Part shown: positions 9,587-19,689 of the stretch, in pieces
Position numbering within the stretch: the first letter of the stretch is position 1
Layout: every line of letters starts with the position of its first letter
Assembly (NCBI GenBank): GCA_965221775.1
Contig: CBDCSU010000005.1
Span: 1,445,180 to 1,509,179 of the forward strand
From: Candidatus Latescibacterota bacterium
GTDB taxonomy: Bacteria; Latescibacterota; UBA2968; UBA8231
Length of the DNA: 64,000 nt
Direction: 5' to 3'
Notes under the pieces: generated by a model
Databases searched by the model: none
What the model was told of the DNA's origin: nothing
Seen by the model: only the letters and a program-made list of their open reading frames with translations
Program-made: the position numbers and the translations under genes

Positions 9587-10236
9587 GCCCGCCCTTCCAC
9601 CAGGTAGTCCCGGCTCAGCGTCGTGACCCGCACGTGGCGCCAGCCCGCCGCCCGCAGCAGGTTCTCGACCTGGCGCCGGTCGTAGAAGAACACGGGGCAC
9701 CCCCTCGCCTTGAGCCGCAGCCAGCGGGTGGGCGTGCGCAGGCGCCAGCGGATGGGGAAGCTGAAGACGCCGCGGCCCGTGGTCAGCTCGCGCATGCGCT
9801 CCAGGACCGGCGCGGGATCGGAGACGTAGTCGAAGAACCCGATGCCGAGGCAGATCTCGAAGTCGTGGGGCGCCTGCCACTGCAGGAACTCCCCCGCCTC
9901 GAACCGGCAGCGCCCCTCGACCCGGGCCTCGGCCGCCGCCGCCCGCGCCATGTCGAGCATGGCCGCCGCCATGTCGAGGCCGGTGACGCGGGCCCCCCGG
10001 CGGGCGAACTCCACCGAGTAGCGGCCGGAGCCGCAGCCCACGTCGAGGACCCGCTGGCCGGTGACGTCGCCGCAGCGGGCGAAGGTGAGGGCGAAGCGCT
10101 GGTGGACGACGCCGCGGAACAGGCCGTCCAGGCAACGCCGGGCAATCCCCTTGTCGGTGTCGTAGATGGCGTCGAAGCGCGCCGCCTCGCCGTCGAAGTG
10201 GCGGCGGACGGCCTCGGCCGTGGCGGGTGAGCTCAC
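9583..10236 (-). CDS. Class I SAM-dependent methyltransferase
   Basis: VLDVGCGSG, GLDMAAAML; GTG start overlaps the upstream stop. Confidence 0.85.
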   Translation of the reverse strand: MSSPATAEAVRRHFDGEAARFDAIYDTDKGIARRCLDGLFRGVVHQRFALTFARCGDVTGQRVLDVGCGSGRYSVEFARRGARVTGLDMAAAMLDMARAAAAEARVEGRCRFEAGEFLQWQAPHDFEICLGIGFFDYVSDPAPVLERMRELTTGRGVFSFPIRWRLRTPTRWLRLKARGCPVFFYDRRQVENLLRAAGWRHVRVTTLSRDYLVEGRA

Positions 10237-11102
10237 CCCGTCTCCGGTGACCCCGCCAGCGTCCACCCCCGGGCGGCGAGGACCTCGGCCGCCGTGGTGA
10301 AGGGGAAGTCGGACAGGAGTCGGCGCAACCGTTTTTCCGTGCGGCCCAGGTTGAGGTAGTGGGTCCAGGCGATGCGGCGCGGCAAGGGGATCCGGGGGTG
10401 GTCCGGATCGAGTTCCCAGGGGTGCAGGTAGAACACCGCCGGGTGGCCTTCGGCGGCGATCCGCCCGAGGCCGAAGTGGGTCACAATATAGGGGTAGAGC
10501 CGGAAGTAGGCACCACCGGCCACGGGCAGGTTGACCCCGCCCAGGCGCCAGGTGGAAGGCGGCAGCTCGATGACGCCGGACCCGGTCTCGTGGGCCCACC
10601 GCGGCGCCCCCGGGACGCCGTAGCGGTAGTTGCGCACCGGGAAGACGCTGGAGTCGTAGCGGAGGCCGCACTCCCGGAGCACCTCGAAGGCCCACTCCGA
10701 CCCGCGCCGGATGGAGAAGTAGGGGGCGCGGAACCCCCGGACCGGGGCCGGGACCAGGCCCGCCAGGACCTCCAGCGAGCGCTCCAGGTCGGCGCGGAAC
10801 GCCTCCGGGCCCATGCGGCTCACGAAGCCGTGGCCGTACCCGTGGGTGGCGATCTCGTGGCCCCGGGCGGCGATCTCGCGCACCAGGCCGGGGGCGGCTT
10901 CGGCCGCCGCCCCGAGGACGAAGAAGGTGGCCCGCGCGCCGGCGGCGGCCAGCAGCTCGAGGAGGCGGTCCGTGCCCACGGCCAGGCGGCTCTCGAAGCC
11001 GCTCCAGTCGGCAGCGTCGATCTCGAGGCCGTGGTACCAGTCCTCGAAGTCGACGGTGAAGGCGTGGACCGGGGACCCCGCCGCCCCGGGCGCGGCGGTC
11101 AC
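10233..11102 (-). CDS. Polysaccharide deacetylase (DUF3473 / PEP-CTERM-associated type)
   Basis: FTVDFEDWY, ATFFVLG, HEIATHGYGH, GFRAPYFS, YDSSVFP, GGAYFRLYP, FYLHPWELDP. Confidence 0.88.
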   Translation of the reverse strand: MTAAPGAAGSPVHAFTVDFEDWYHGLEIDAADWSGFESRLAVGTDRLLELLAAAGARATFFVLGAAAEAAPGLVREIAARGHEIATHGYGHGFVSRMGPEAFRADLERSLEVLAGLVPAPVRGFRAPYFSIRRGSEWAFEVLRECGLRYDSSVFPVRNYRYGVPGAPRWAHETGSGVIELPPSTWRLGGVNLPVAGGAYFRLYPYIVTHFGLGRIAAEGHPAVFYLHPWELDPDHPRIPLPRRIAWTHYLNLGRTEKRLRRLLSDFPFTTAAEVLAARGWTLAGSPETG

Positions 11103-12184
11103 CGGGAGGCCCCGAGATCTTGCAGCATGCGCAGCAGCCGCGGCGCGTGCACGGAGAGAGCGTAGCGCTCCTGCACCCGCTGCCGGCCGCGCTCGCCGAA
11201 GGCGCGGCGCAGGGCCGGATCGCGGATCAGCCGCAGGAGGGCCGACTCCCAGGCGGCCTCGTCGGCGGCCAGGAGCCCGGTCTCGCCGTCGGCGACGATC
11301 TCGCCGTTGACGCCCACGGGATGGGCGACCACCGGCAGCGCCGCGGCCATGTACTGGAGCAGCTTGTAGCCCCCCTTCCCCCGCGTCCACGGGTCGTCGG
11401 GCAGCGGCATGAGGCCGATCTCCCAGCCGCCCAGATCCTCCGCCTCGCGCTCCAGGCTCCAGGGGCGGCACTCGACCTCCACCCCCTCGAGGCTCCACTC
11501 CGCGCCGACGACGCAGACCCGCAGCGGCTCCCGGCGCGCCAGCCGCCGCAGGGGCGCGGCGATCAGCTCCAGGTAGCCGGCGGTGGAGGCGCTGCCGATC
11601 CAGCCGAGCACCACCGGGCCCGTCCCCCCGCCGCGGCGGATCCCGGCGAAGGGGGCCGTGTCGATGGGGCCGGTGATCGTCAGCACCGGGCCGTAGCGGC
11701 CGGCGAACTCCCCGGTGTAGGGGTTCTCCACCACGGCGAGTCGGGCGAGCCGCAGCATGGCGGGCAGACCGGCGGCGGCGCGCCGCTCCCGCCAGCGGGC
11801 CAGCAGGCCGGCGGAGCCTCCCTCGGTGGTGAAGATGGCGTCGTCGAAGTCGTAGGCCGCGGGCACGCCGGTGCGGCGCAGGAGCCAGCGCACCGGCGCC
11901 GGGAAGATCACCTTCTGCAGGAACAGGGCGTCGGCGCCCCGGGCGCGGCGCCAGGCCCGCAGGCCGCAGGCGGCGTTGCGCCAGGCGGCGCCCAGGTAGT
12001 AGAGGGCCTTGGCCAGGGGCCGGCGGGAAGCCGCCAGCTGCGCGCCGCCCAGGGCCTCGTCGGGCAGCACCGTGAGGACCTCGCAGTCGACGCCGTGGGC
12101 CCGCAGGAAGGGCAGGTACTGGAAGACGCGGGTGCGGCTGCTGGCCGCGCCCGGGCCGTACTTGGTGACGAACAGGACGCGCAC
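11099..12184 (-). CDS. Glycosyltransferase family 4
   Basis: AASSRTRV, YDFDDAIF, GWIGS, GKGGYKLLQYMAAALPVV. Confidence 0.87.
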   Translation of the reverse strand: MRVLFVTKYGPGAASSRTRVFQYLPFLRAHGVDCEVLTVLPDEALGGAQLAASRRPLAKALYYLGAAWRNAACGLRAWRRARGADALFLQKVIFPAPVRWLLRRTGVPAAYDFDDAIFTTEGGSAGLLARWRERRAAAGLPAMLRLARLAVVENPYTGEFAGRYGPVLTITGPIDTAPFAGIRRGGGTGPVVLGWIGSASTAGYLELIAAPLRRLARREPLRVCVVGAEWSLEGVEVECRPWSLEREAEDLGGWEIGLMPLPDDPWTRGKGGYKLLQYMAAALPVVAHPVGVNGEIVADGETGLLAADEAAWESALLRLIRDPALRRAFGERGRQRVQERYALSVHAPRLLRMLQDLGASR

Positions 12185-12307
12185 GGCGGCGCTGAGCGGG
12201 CGCTTACGGCCCGCGCGCGCAGGTTCGCGTACGAAGGACGGCGGCGAGGCGCAGGGCTCGCAAGGCGCGCGCCGCAACCCTGCGCGGGACGGCGCCCCCG
12301 GCCTCCA

Positions 12308-13459
12308 TCAGCCCGCCGCCGCCGGTTGCCGGCGCTCGCCCTCGGCGAAGGCGCGCACCGCGCCGATGACGCGGTCCTGCTGCCCGTCGGTGAGGCCCGG
12401 GTAGAGGGGGATGGAGAGGATGCGCTGCCACACCCGCTCGGTCACCGGCAGGCGGGTCGTGTAGGGGCGGAAGAGCCGGTAGAGGTGGTTGGGGTAGAAG
12501 TGGACGTTGGAGTCGATGCCGCAGGCGTCGAGGTGGGCGAAGAGACCGTCGCGGTCGTCGACCTGGATGACGGCGTTGTAGCAGGAGCTGACGGCGTACT
12601 CCCGGGCGGCGAGACAGTCGACGCCGTCGAGGCCGGCGAAGGCCTCGCGGTAGCGCGCCATCAGCTGACGGCGCCGCTGGTTGTTGGCCTCCAGGCTCTC
12701 CATCTGCGCCAGGCCGAGGGCGGCGGCCAGGTCGTTCATCTCGTACTTCCAGCCCACCTCCTCGACCTCGTACATCCACGAACGCCTCGGCTGTCCCGGC
12801 CGGAAGCGCTCCCACGTGGGCCGCGTGATGCCGCACCAGCGCAGCTTGCGCACCCGCCCGGCGAGGGCCTCGTCGCCGGTGACCAGCATGCCGCCGTCGC
12901 CGGTGGTCATGTTCTTGGTCGCCTGGAAGCTGAAGCAGCCCACGTCGCCGAGGGAGCCGAGGCGGCGGCCCCGGTAGAGCCCCCCGCAGCCGTGGGCGGC
13001 GTCCTCGACCACGGTCAGCCCGTGGGCGGCGGCCAGCTCCAGGATCGGGTCCATGTGGCAGGACTGGCCGCCGTAGTGGGTGACGACGATGGCCCGGGTC
13101 GTGGGGGTGATCTTCCGGGCCACGTCGTCGACGCTGAGGTTGAGGGTGTCGGCCTCGATGTCGCAGAACACGGGGCGCCCGCCGGCCAGCAGGATCGCCT
13201 GGGTCGAGGAGACCCAGGTCAGGGAGCTGGTGAGGACCTCCTGGCCCTCGACCTCGGCGCACAGCAGGCCCAGGTGCAGGGCCGCGGTGGCCGAGTTGAG
13301 GGCCACCGCGTGGTCGACGCCGATGTACTCGGCGAAGCGCTCCTCGAACTGGATGCTGCGCGGCCCCCGGCCGACCCACCGGCTGTCGAGGGTCTCGCAC
13401 AGGGCGGCCTTCTCGGCGTCGCCGATGGTGGGGCGGAAGAGCTGGATGCGCTCGCTCAA
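12308..13459 (-). CDS. DegT/DnrJ/EryC1/StrS PLP-dependent sugar aminotransferase
   Basis: NSATAALHL, VEDAAH, FSFQATKNMTTGDGGM, GWKYEMNDLAAALG; TTG start. Confidence 0.92.
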   Translation of the reverse strand: MSERIQLFRPTIGDAEKAALCETLDSRWVGRGPRSIQFEERFAEYIGVDHAVALNSATAALHLGLLCAEVEGQEVLTSSLTWVSSTQAILLAGGRPVFCDIEADTLNLSVDDVARKITPTTRAIVVTHYGGQSCHMDPILELAAAHGLTVVEDAAHGCGGLYRGRRLGSLGDVGCFSFQATKNMTTGDGGMLVTGDEALAGRVRKLRWCGITRPTWERFRPGQPRRSWMYEVEEVGWKYEMNDLAAALGLAQMESLEANNQRRRQLMARYREAFAGLDGVDCLAAREYAVSSCYNAVIQVDDRDGLFAHLDACGIDSNVHFYPNHLYRLFRPYTTRLPVTERVWQRILSIPLYPGLTDGQQDRVIGAVRAFAEGERRQPAAAG

Positions 13460-14415
13460 GAGGCCTCTCCGGGCCGCGGGTCCCGCGGCGCCCAGAAGCC
13501 GCGGTCGGCGAGGGTGCGCCACAGGATGCGGCGGTAGGCGCCGAGGCGGTCGCGGGCCTCGCCCCGGGTGCGGGGGCGGACCAGCCAGAGCAGGGACCAG
13601 AGGCCGGCGCGCAGGATCATCTCGACGCCGGTGAGCAGCCGCAGGAGGTGCAGGCGGCGGCGGCCGAAGTGCTTCTGGAACAGGTAGTACTGGCTCTGCT
13701 GGCTCACGACGAGCATCTCCCCCAGGCGCTGGCGGATGCTGCGGCCCTCGTGGTGGACGACCCGGCTCCGCGGGAAGTAGACGACACGCCAGCCGGCGCT
13801 GCGCAGGCGCATGCACCACTCCACGTCCTCGTGGCACATGAACATGCCGTCGTCGAGGAGCCCGGCGGCCTCGGCCGCCTCCCGCCGGACCATCAGGCAG
13901 GCGCCCGTGACCCAGCCCACATCGGCCGCCCCGCTGCGAAGACGGGCCAATCTACGGTAGGGGAACAGTCTGTGCAACAACAGCTTATGGGAAATCAGGG
14001 GGAGCGTCCCCGGGTTCCCTCCCCAGGATCGCTCCAGGTTTCCGCGGTCGTCCTCCAGGCGCGGGCCGACGGCGCCCACGGCGGGGTTGCGGTCGGCGAA
14101 ATCCACCATCGCGCCCAGGGCCCCGGGGTCGACGCGGGTGTCCGGGTTGAGGATCAGCCGGTAACGGCCGCGGGCCCGGGCGAGGGCGAGGTTGTGGCCG
14201 CCGCTGAACCCGAGGTTCTCCCGGCTGCGGATGACCTCCACCCCCGGGAAGCACTCCTCCACCATGTCGGCGCTGCCGTCCCCCGAGGCGTTGTCGACGA
14301 CGAACAGCTCCCACCCCGCGCTGCGCGGGTCCTCGCGGATCGCGCCCAGGCAGTCGCGCAGCAGCTCGCGGGTGTTCCAGCTGACGATGGAGATCGACAG
14401 CTCCGGGGCGCTCAC
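13456..14415 (-). CDS. Glycosyltransferase family 2 (rhamnosyltransferase-like)
   Basis: SIVSWNT, VVDNASGDGS, NLGFSGGHN, LNPDT, WVTGACLM, FMCHEDVEWC. Confidence 0.88.
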   Translation of the reverse strand: MSAPELSISIVSWNTRELLRDCLGAIREDPRSAGWELFVVDNASGDGSADMVEECFPGVEVIRSRENLGFSGGHNLALARARGRYRLILNPDTRVDPGALGAMVDFADRNPAVGAVGPRLEDDRGNLERSWGGNPGTLPLISHKLLLHRLFPYRRLARLRSGAADVGWVTGACLMVRREAAEAAGLLDDGMFMCHEDVEWCMRLRSAGWRVVYFPRSRVVHHEGRSIRQRLGEMLVVSQQSQYYLFQKHFGRRRLHLLRLLTGVEMILRAGLWSLLWLVRPRTRGEARDRLGAYRRILWRTLADRGFWAPRDPRPGEAS

Positions 14416-15686
14416 CTCAGGCCCCCCGCCTCCAGCAGGGAGATCACCGCCGCCCGCGCCGCCTCCTCCTGCCACCAGACCACGCCCTGCAGCCCCGCCC
14501 AGACGGCGCAGGCCCCCGCGAAGAGGCGGCCCCCGCGGCGCCAGCCTTCGTGGGCGGCGGCAGCACCGAAGATCAGCAGCAGCGGCTCCAGGGGCAGGCG
14601 GAAGCGCGTCGAGCCGTAGAGCACGAAACAGAAGACCGCCGTCGAGAGGACGAAGACCGCCGCCGGATAGCGGAACCCGGGGGACCGCGCCCAGCGCAAG
14701 AACCCGTATACCAGGAACGGCGCGGCCAGCACGAAGGCGGCGTTGTACCCGGGCCCGAAGAAGTACCCGAAGCGCAGGAGGCGCTCCCCCGCCAGACGCA
14801 GCCAGGCCAGGGGGTTGGCGGCGATCCAGCCGAGGCCCTGCCGCAGCCAGCGCCGGTCCCGCTCCACCTCGCCGGGCACGGCCTCGAAGAGGGCGCCGTC
14901 GATGCGCCAGCCGTCGGGCCGCCGCCAGTCCGGCTGGTCGGCGTTGCTGCGGGCGACGATGAAGCCGCCGTGGGTGGAGACCGGGACGAAGGCACCGTGG
15001 ACCAGGGCGTTGCGGGCGGTCCACGGCGCCAGGGTCACCACGAGGCCGGCGCCCAGGGGCAGCGCCCACCGCCGCAGCCAGGCCGCCAGCGCCGCCCGGT
15101 CCTCCCAGGCGGCCACGGCCAGCACCGCCGGCGCCGCGAGCAGGCCCACCGGCCGCGTGAGTCCGGCGAGGGCGATCAGCACGCCGGTGGCGAAGGCCCA
15201 GCGGCGGCCGGGACGGTGGCGGCTCTCGACCGCGGCCCAGAGGGCGGCCACCAGCAGGCCGGTGAAGAGGCACTCGCTCATCACCTCGTTGGCGCTGGCC
15301 AGCAGCGGCGGGTAGAGGGCCGCCGCCGCGCCGGCCAGGGGCGCCGCCGACGGCCGCAGCCGCAGGGCCAGCAGGTAGACCAGCACCACCGTGACCGCCC
15401 CCAGGACCGCCTGCACCATCCGCACCGCCTGGTGATCGAAGCCGGCGGCTCCGTACACGGCGGCCAGCATCAGCGGGTAGCCCGGGGCGCGCCACGAGCG
15501 CACGGGGTGGCCGAACCAGTTCTCGTGGGAGACGAACCCCTCCCCGGCGAGCAGGTTGCGGGCGATCTCGTCGTAGTCGGGGGTATCCTGCGGCGGCGCC
15601 TCGGGGGCGGCGCTCACGTACAGGATGCGCAGCACCGCGGCCCCGGTGAAGAGCCAGCCGGCGGGGCCCATCCGGGGGCGGCGCAT
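14412..15686 (-). CDS. ArnT/PMT-like (GT-C) membrane glycosyltransferase
   Basis: DTPDYDEIARNL, RAPGYP, SECLF, LTRP, PWTARN, RFRLPLEP; multiple TM segments. Confidence 0.75.
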   Translation of the reverse strand: MRRPRMGPAGWLFTGAAVLRILYVSAAPEAPPQDTPDYDEIARNLLAGEGFVSHENWFGHPVRSWRAPGYPLMLAAVYGAAGFDHQAVRMVQAVLGAVTVVLVYLLALRLRPSAAPLAGAAAALYPPLLASANEVMSECLFTGLLVAALWAAVESRHRPGRRWAFATGVLIALAGLTRPVGLLAAPAVLAVAAWEDRAALAAWLRRWALPLGAGLVVTLAPWTARNALVHGAFVPVSTHGGFIVARSNADQPDWRRPDGWRIDGALFEAVPGEVERDRRWLRQGLGWIAANPLAWLRLAGERLLRFGYFFGPGYNAAFVLAAPFLVYGFLRWARSPGFRYPAAVFVLSTAVFCFVLYGSTRFRLPLEPLLLIFGAAAAHEGWRRGGRLFAGACAVWAGLQGVVWWQEEAARAAVISLLEAGGLR

Positions 15687-17020
15687 CAGGCGCCGAGGAC
15701 CTCGTCGAAGCAATCGGCCAGCCGGCGGGTCAGCTCGCGCCGGTGGAAGCGCTCCAGGCCGGCCTGCGCTCTCGGCAAAGACCCCTCCCGCCATCCCGCC
15801 CACAGCTGCCGCAGGCTCGCCTCGATGGCGTCGGTGTCGCCCGGCGCCGCGCACAACCCGGCGCCCAGCTCCTCCACCGTGCGCCGGGTCTCGCCCTCGC
15901 CGCAGAGGGCGAGGATCGGGTGGCCGGCGGCGAGGTACTCGAAGAGCTTGCCCGGCGCGTTGGAGGCGGGCCACGGCCGCGGGTGGTCGACGAGGAGCAG
16001 CACGTCGGCGCGGCGCTGAAAGGCCAGGGCGGTGGCGCGGTCCACGGCGCCGGTGAGCCGCACCACCCCCAGCTCGACCAGGGCCGACACCCGCTCCTGC
16101 TCGGCGGGTGACAGCTCCCCCACCAGGATCACCTCCAGGCGGTCGCACCACGCCGGCTCGGTGTCGATCAGCCGGCGCAGGACCCGCTCCAGGGGCTCGA
16201 TGGAGCGGCCGGGGTGGCTGTAGGCGAAGCTGCCCGTGTGCACCAGGCTCAGGCGCCCGGACACCGGCGCGCCTTTCAGATCGGCTTCCCCTGCGGCAGG
16301 CTCGTCGTCGGCGGGGTCGAAGCCGTTGGTGATGACCCGCACCCTGGCGGCCTCGGCCGGATAGCGGCGGACGAAGTCGTCGGCGGCGGTCCGCGTCGCC
16401 GCGATCACGGCGTCGGCCTCGGCGATCACGCGCTCCTCGAGGCGGCGCTCCAACTCGCGGCGGAAAGGCATCTCCAGCAGGGCCGGGTCGAGCGGGTCGT
16501 AGAGCCAGGCGTCGCGGAAGTCGGCGATCCACGGCAGCCCCGTCTGCGCCTTGAGCAGCCCGCCGAGCAGGTGCGCCGAGGCCGGCGGACTGGTGGTGTA
16601 GATCAGCTCCGCCCCGTGCCGCCGCACCCAGCGCAGGGCCGCGAGGGCGGCCCCGGGGACCCAGGTGATCTGGCCGTCGGGGACCAGCAGCCAGCGCCGC
16701 GCCCCGGCGGAGAGGCCGGCCACCGGGCCCCGGGTGCGCGTGCGGGTGGCGGCGGCGCCCCTGGCCCGGGCGGCGGGGTTGAACAGGCGGCGGTAGAGGC
16801 CCAGCGGCTCCCAGGCGCGGATCACTCCGTCCCCGGGCTTGCCGAAGGCGCCCGTGCCCACCACCCGCGGCTGGTAGCCGAACTCCGGCAGATAGTGGGT
16901 GAACCGGGCGGAGCGCTCCACGCCCGGCGAACGCATCGGCGGGTAGTGGTAGGCGACGAAGAGAACGGTCCGGAGGGGCGGGGCCCCGTCGGCCGGGGGG
17001 GCCTGCGGCGGTGGCGTCAT
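15686..17020 (-). CDS. Glycosyltransferase family 4
   Basis: AYHYPP, TSPPASAHL, ADFRDAW, ITNGFD, PGKLFEYLA. Confidence 0.87.
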   Translation of the reverse strand: MTPPPQAPPADGAPPLRTVLFVAYHYPPMRSPGVERSARFTHYLPEFGYQPRVVGTGAFGKPGDGVIRAWEPLGLYRRLFNPAARARGAAATRTRTRGPVAGLSAGARRWLLVPDGQITWVPGAALAALRWVRRHGAELIYTTSPPASAHLLGGLLKAQTGLPWIADFRDAWLYDPLDPALLEMPFRRELERRLEERVIAEADAVIAATRTAADDFVRRYPAEAARVRVITNGFDPADDEPAAGEADLKGAPVSGRLSLVHTGSFAYSHPGRSIEPLERVLRRLIDTEPAWCDRLEVILVGELSPAEQERVSALVELGVVRLTGAVDRATALAFQRRADVLLLVDHPRPWPASNAPGKLFEYLAAGHPILALCGEGETRRTVEELGAGLCAAPGDTDAIEASLRQLWAGWREGSLPRAQAGLERFHRRELTRRLADCFDEVLGA

Positions 17021-17127
17021 CAGTCGAGAGGAGGCCGAAACTAAGGTGTCCCCGGGGGCTGACTCAAACCGTTCGACGGCCATCGCGCCGGTAGCCGTTC
17101 AACGAGACTCGGCCTATATTGGAAGCC

Positions 17128-17601
17128 ATGAGCCTGCTCGATATCCTCTCCGTGGAATCGGCCATCGTCGGCCTCGAGGGAGAGACCAAGGACGACATCA
17201 TCGAGGAGCTCGTCGACTCGCTCGAGGTCGGCGCCTCGATCACCGACCGGGACAAGGTCCTGCACGCCGTGCTCGAGCGCGAGAAGATCATGAGCACCGG
17301 CATCGGCGACGGCATCGCCATCCCCCACGGCAAGTCCGACGCCGTCCTCGAGCTCGCCGCCGCCCTCGGCATCCACAAGCGCGGCGTCGACTTCGAGGCC
17401 CTCGACGGCGAGCCGACCTTCGTCTTCTTCCTCCTCGTCTCGCCGGCCAGCATCTCGGGCCCCCACATCAAGGCCCTGGCGCGCATCTCCCGCATGTTGA
17501 AGAACGACAGCTTCAAGAAGAAGCTGATCGAGGCCGAGTCCTCCGAGTCGATCCTCGAGGTCATCGGAGAAGAAGAGAAGAACCACCCGCCCGCCGGGTA
17601 G
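17128..17601 (+). CDS. ptsN: PTS EIIA, nitrogen/fructose type (PtsN-like)
   Basis: ERE..MSTGIGDGIAIPHG (phospho-His), GVDFEALDGEP, HIKALARISR. Confidence 0.85.
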   Translation: MSLLDILSVESAIVGLEGETKDDIIEELVDSLEVGASITDRDKVLHAVLEREKIMSTGIGDGIAIPHGKSDAVLELAAALGIHKRGVDFEALDGEPTFVFFLLVSPASISGPHIKALARISRMLKNDSFKKKLIEAESSESILEVIGEEEKNHPPAG

Positions 17602-17613
17602 CGGCGGCGGCGC

Positions 17614-19689
17614 TTGCAGTTCCTCAACCCCCTGGCCCTGGCCGGGCTCGCGGCGGCCCTCGTCCCCCTCGCCGTCCACCTCCTGCACCGCGGCCGGCCG
17701 CGGGTCGTTCCCTTCAGCAACGTCGCCTTCCTGCGGCGGGTCCACCTCAGCCACATGCGCGGCCTGCGACTGCGCCAGTGGCTGGTCCTGCTGCTGCGCA
17801 TGCTCGCCGTCGCCTGCCTGGCCCTGGCCTGCGCCCGTCCCGCCCTTCAGGAGGGGGCCAGCCTCCTGGGAGGCTCGCGGCCGACCTCGGCGGTGGTGCT
17901 CCTCGACCACTCCTTCAGCGCCCGCTACAGCCCCCCCGGCGGACGCCTCTTCGACCGCCTCCGCCAGCGCGCCGACGAGGTCCTGTCCCTGTACGAGGAC
18001 GGCCGCCACCGGGTGAGCGTGATCCCCTTCGCCGCCCGCCCCGACAGCGCCGACGGCGCGGCCGTGGGCCTGCTGCGGGAGCGCCTGGCCGATCTCGCCC
18101 CCGGCGAGGCCGGCACCGACGTGTCGCGGGCCCTGCGCGCCGCCGCACGGCAGCTCGCCCGGACGCCGGCGGCGCGGGGGGAGATCTACCTGTTCACCGA
18201 CCTGGCGCGGGCCGGCTGGGAGGACGTCCGCCCCGGCCTCCTCGGCCCCGGCCCGCGGACCCTCTTCGTCGTCTCTGCCGCCGGCGGCCGGCGCCGCAAC
18301 CTCCACGTCCCCGAGGTGCGCGCCGCGGGCTGGCTGGCCGCCCCGGGCGCGCGCCTCGGCATCGGCGCCCGGGTGGGCCAGTCGGGGGGCGGCGAGGCCG
18401 ATCTCTCCGTCGACCTCTTCCTCGACGGCGAGCGCGTGCAGCGGCGGCGGGTGCAGGTGCCGGCGTCGGGCGCGGCGGAGGCGGCCTTCACCGTGGCCCC
18501 CCGGCGCAGCGGCCGGCTCCCCGGCTTCGTGGAGGTCGAGGCCGACGACCTGCCCGCCGACAACCGCCGCTACTTCATCCTCCAGGTGCCCGAAGGCGTC
18601 GCCGTCCTGGTGGCGGGGCCGGCCCGGAGCGACACCTACTACGCCCGCCGCGCCCTGGCCGCCGCGGCCACCGGCGACGCCGCCCTGAAGGTGGAGGCCG
18701 CCACCCTCGACGAGCTGGACGACGACAGCCTGGCCGGCGTCGACGTGCTGGTCCTGTGCCATCTGGAGAACGCGACCGCCGCACAGGCGAGGCAGGTGCG
18801 GCGCTTCGTCGAGGCCGGCGGCGGGCTGCTGCTGCTGCCCGGCCCGGCGGCCGACCTGGCCCGCCTCAACCGCGACTGGCTGCCGGGGCTGGTGCCGGCC
18901 ACCCTCGCCGGCGTCGCCGGACGGCCGGGCGAGGAGGCCTATGCCGTTCTCGACTCGAACAGCGCCGACGCCGGGCTCTTCGCCGGCCTCCTGGCCGAGC
19001 CCGGGGACCGGCCCCGCTTTCAGGCCCGCTTCGACGTGGTCACCCGGCGCCAGCTCGCCGTCCTCGCCCGCTTCGACGACGGCAGGCCCGCCCTCGTCGA
19101 GGGCCGGCCCGGCGAGGGGCGCGCCCTGCTGTGGGCCGTGCCCCTCGACCTGGCCTGGAGCGACTGGCCCCGGCGCGGCTCCTTCGTGCCGCTGCTGCAC
19201 CGGCTGTGCCGCTACCTCGCGCGGCCGGCGGGGGACGCCGCCTACACCGTGGGGGACCGCGCCTGGCGCCGCCTTCCCGGCTCGCGGGTGGACGACCGCG
19301 TGCAGGCGCAGGCGCCCTCCGGCCGCCGGCGCTTCATCCGCGCCGAGACCTCTCTCGGGGACCTGCGCTGGGCCCTGCCGCCGCTGGACGAGGCGGGCAT
19401 CTGGCGCCTCCTGGGGCCCGACGGCAGCGTCCGCGACGAGTTCGCCGTCAACGTCGACCCCGCCGAGTCCGACCTCACGGCCCTGTCCGAGCAGGAGATC
19501 CGCGATCGGCTCCCGGGGGCGAGCCTCCACTTCCTCGACGACGGGACGCCCCTGGGGGAGCGGGTCCTGGCCCTGCGCCACGGCCGCGAGCTGTGGCGGG
19601 AGTGCCTGGTCCTGGCCCTGGCGCTGCTGCTGCTGGAGTTGTGGATCGCGCGGGCGCCGCTGCCGAAGGCGGCGGCCCGGGGGGCCTGA
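17614..19689 (+). CDS. BatA N-terminal / vWA-like domain membrane protein
   Basis: FLNPLALAGLAAALVPLAVHLL..FSNVAFL, LLDHSFS, ADNRRY, NVDPAESDL, C-terminal TM ELWRECLVLALALLLLELW. Confidence 0.8.
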   Translation: MQFLNPLALAGLAAALVPLAVHLLHRGRPRVVPFSNVAFLRRVHLSHMRGLRLRQWLVLLLRMLAVACLALACARPALQEGASLLGGSRPTSAVVLLDHSFSARYSPPGGRLFDRLRQRADEVLSLYEDGRHRVSVIPFAARPDSADGAAVGLLRERLADLAPGEAGTDVSRALRAAARQLARTPAARGEIYLFTDLARAGWEDVRPGLLGPGPRTLFVVSAAGGRRRNLHVPEVRAAGWLAAPGARLGIGARVGQSGGGEADLSVDLFLDGERVQRRRVQVPASGAAEAAFTVAPRRSGRLPGFVEVEADDLPADNRRYFILQVPEGVAVLVAGPARSDTYYARRALAAAATGDAALKVEAATLDELDDDSLAGVDVLVLCHLENATAAQARQVRRFVEAGGGLLLLPGPAADLARLNRDWLPGLVPATLAGVAGRPGEEAYAVLDSNSADAGLFAGLLAEPGDRPRFQARFDVVTRRQLAVLARFDDGRPALVEGRPGEGRALLWAVPLDLAWSDWPRRGSFVPLLHRLCRYLARPAGDAAYTVGDRAWRRLPGSRVDDRVQAQAPSGRRRFIRAETSLGDLRWALPPLDEAGIWRLLGPDGSVRDEFAVNVDPAESDLTALSEQEIRDRLPGASLHFLDDGTPLGERVLALRHGRELWRECLVLALALLLLELWIARAPLPKAAARGA

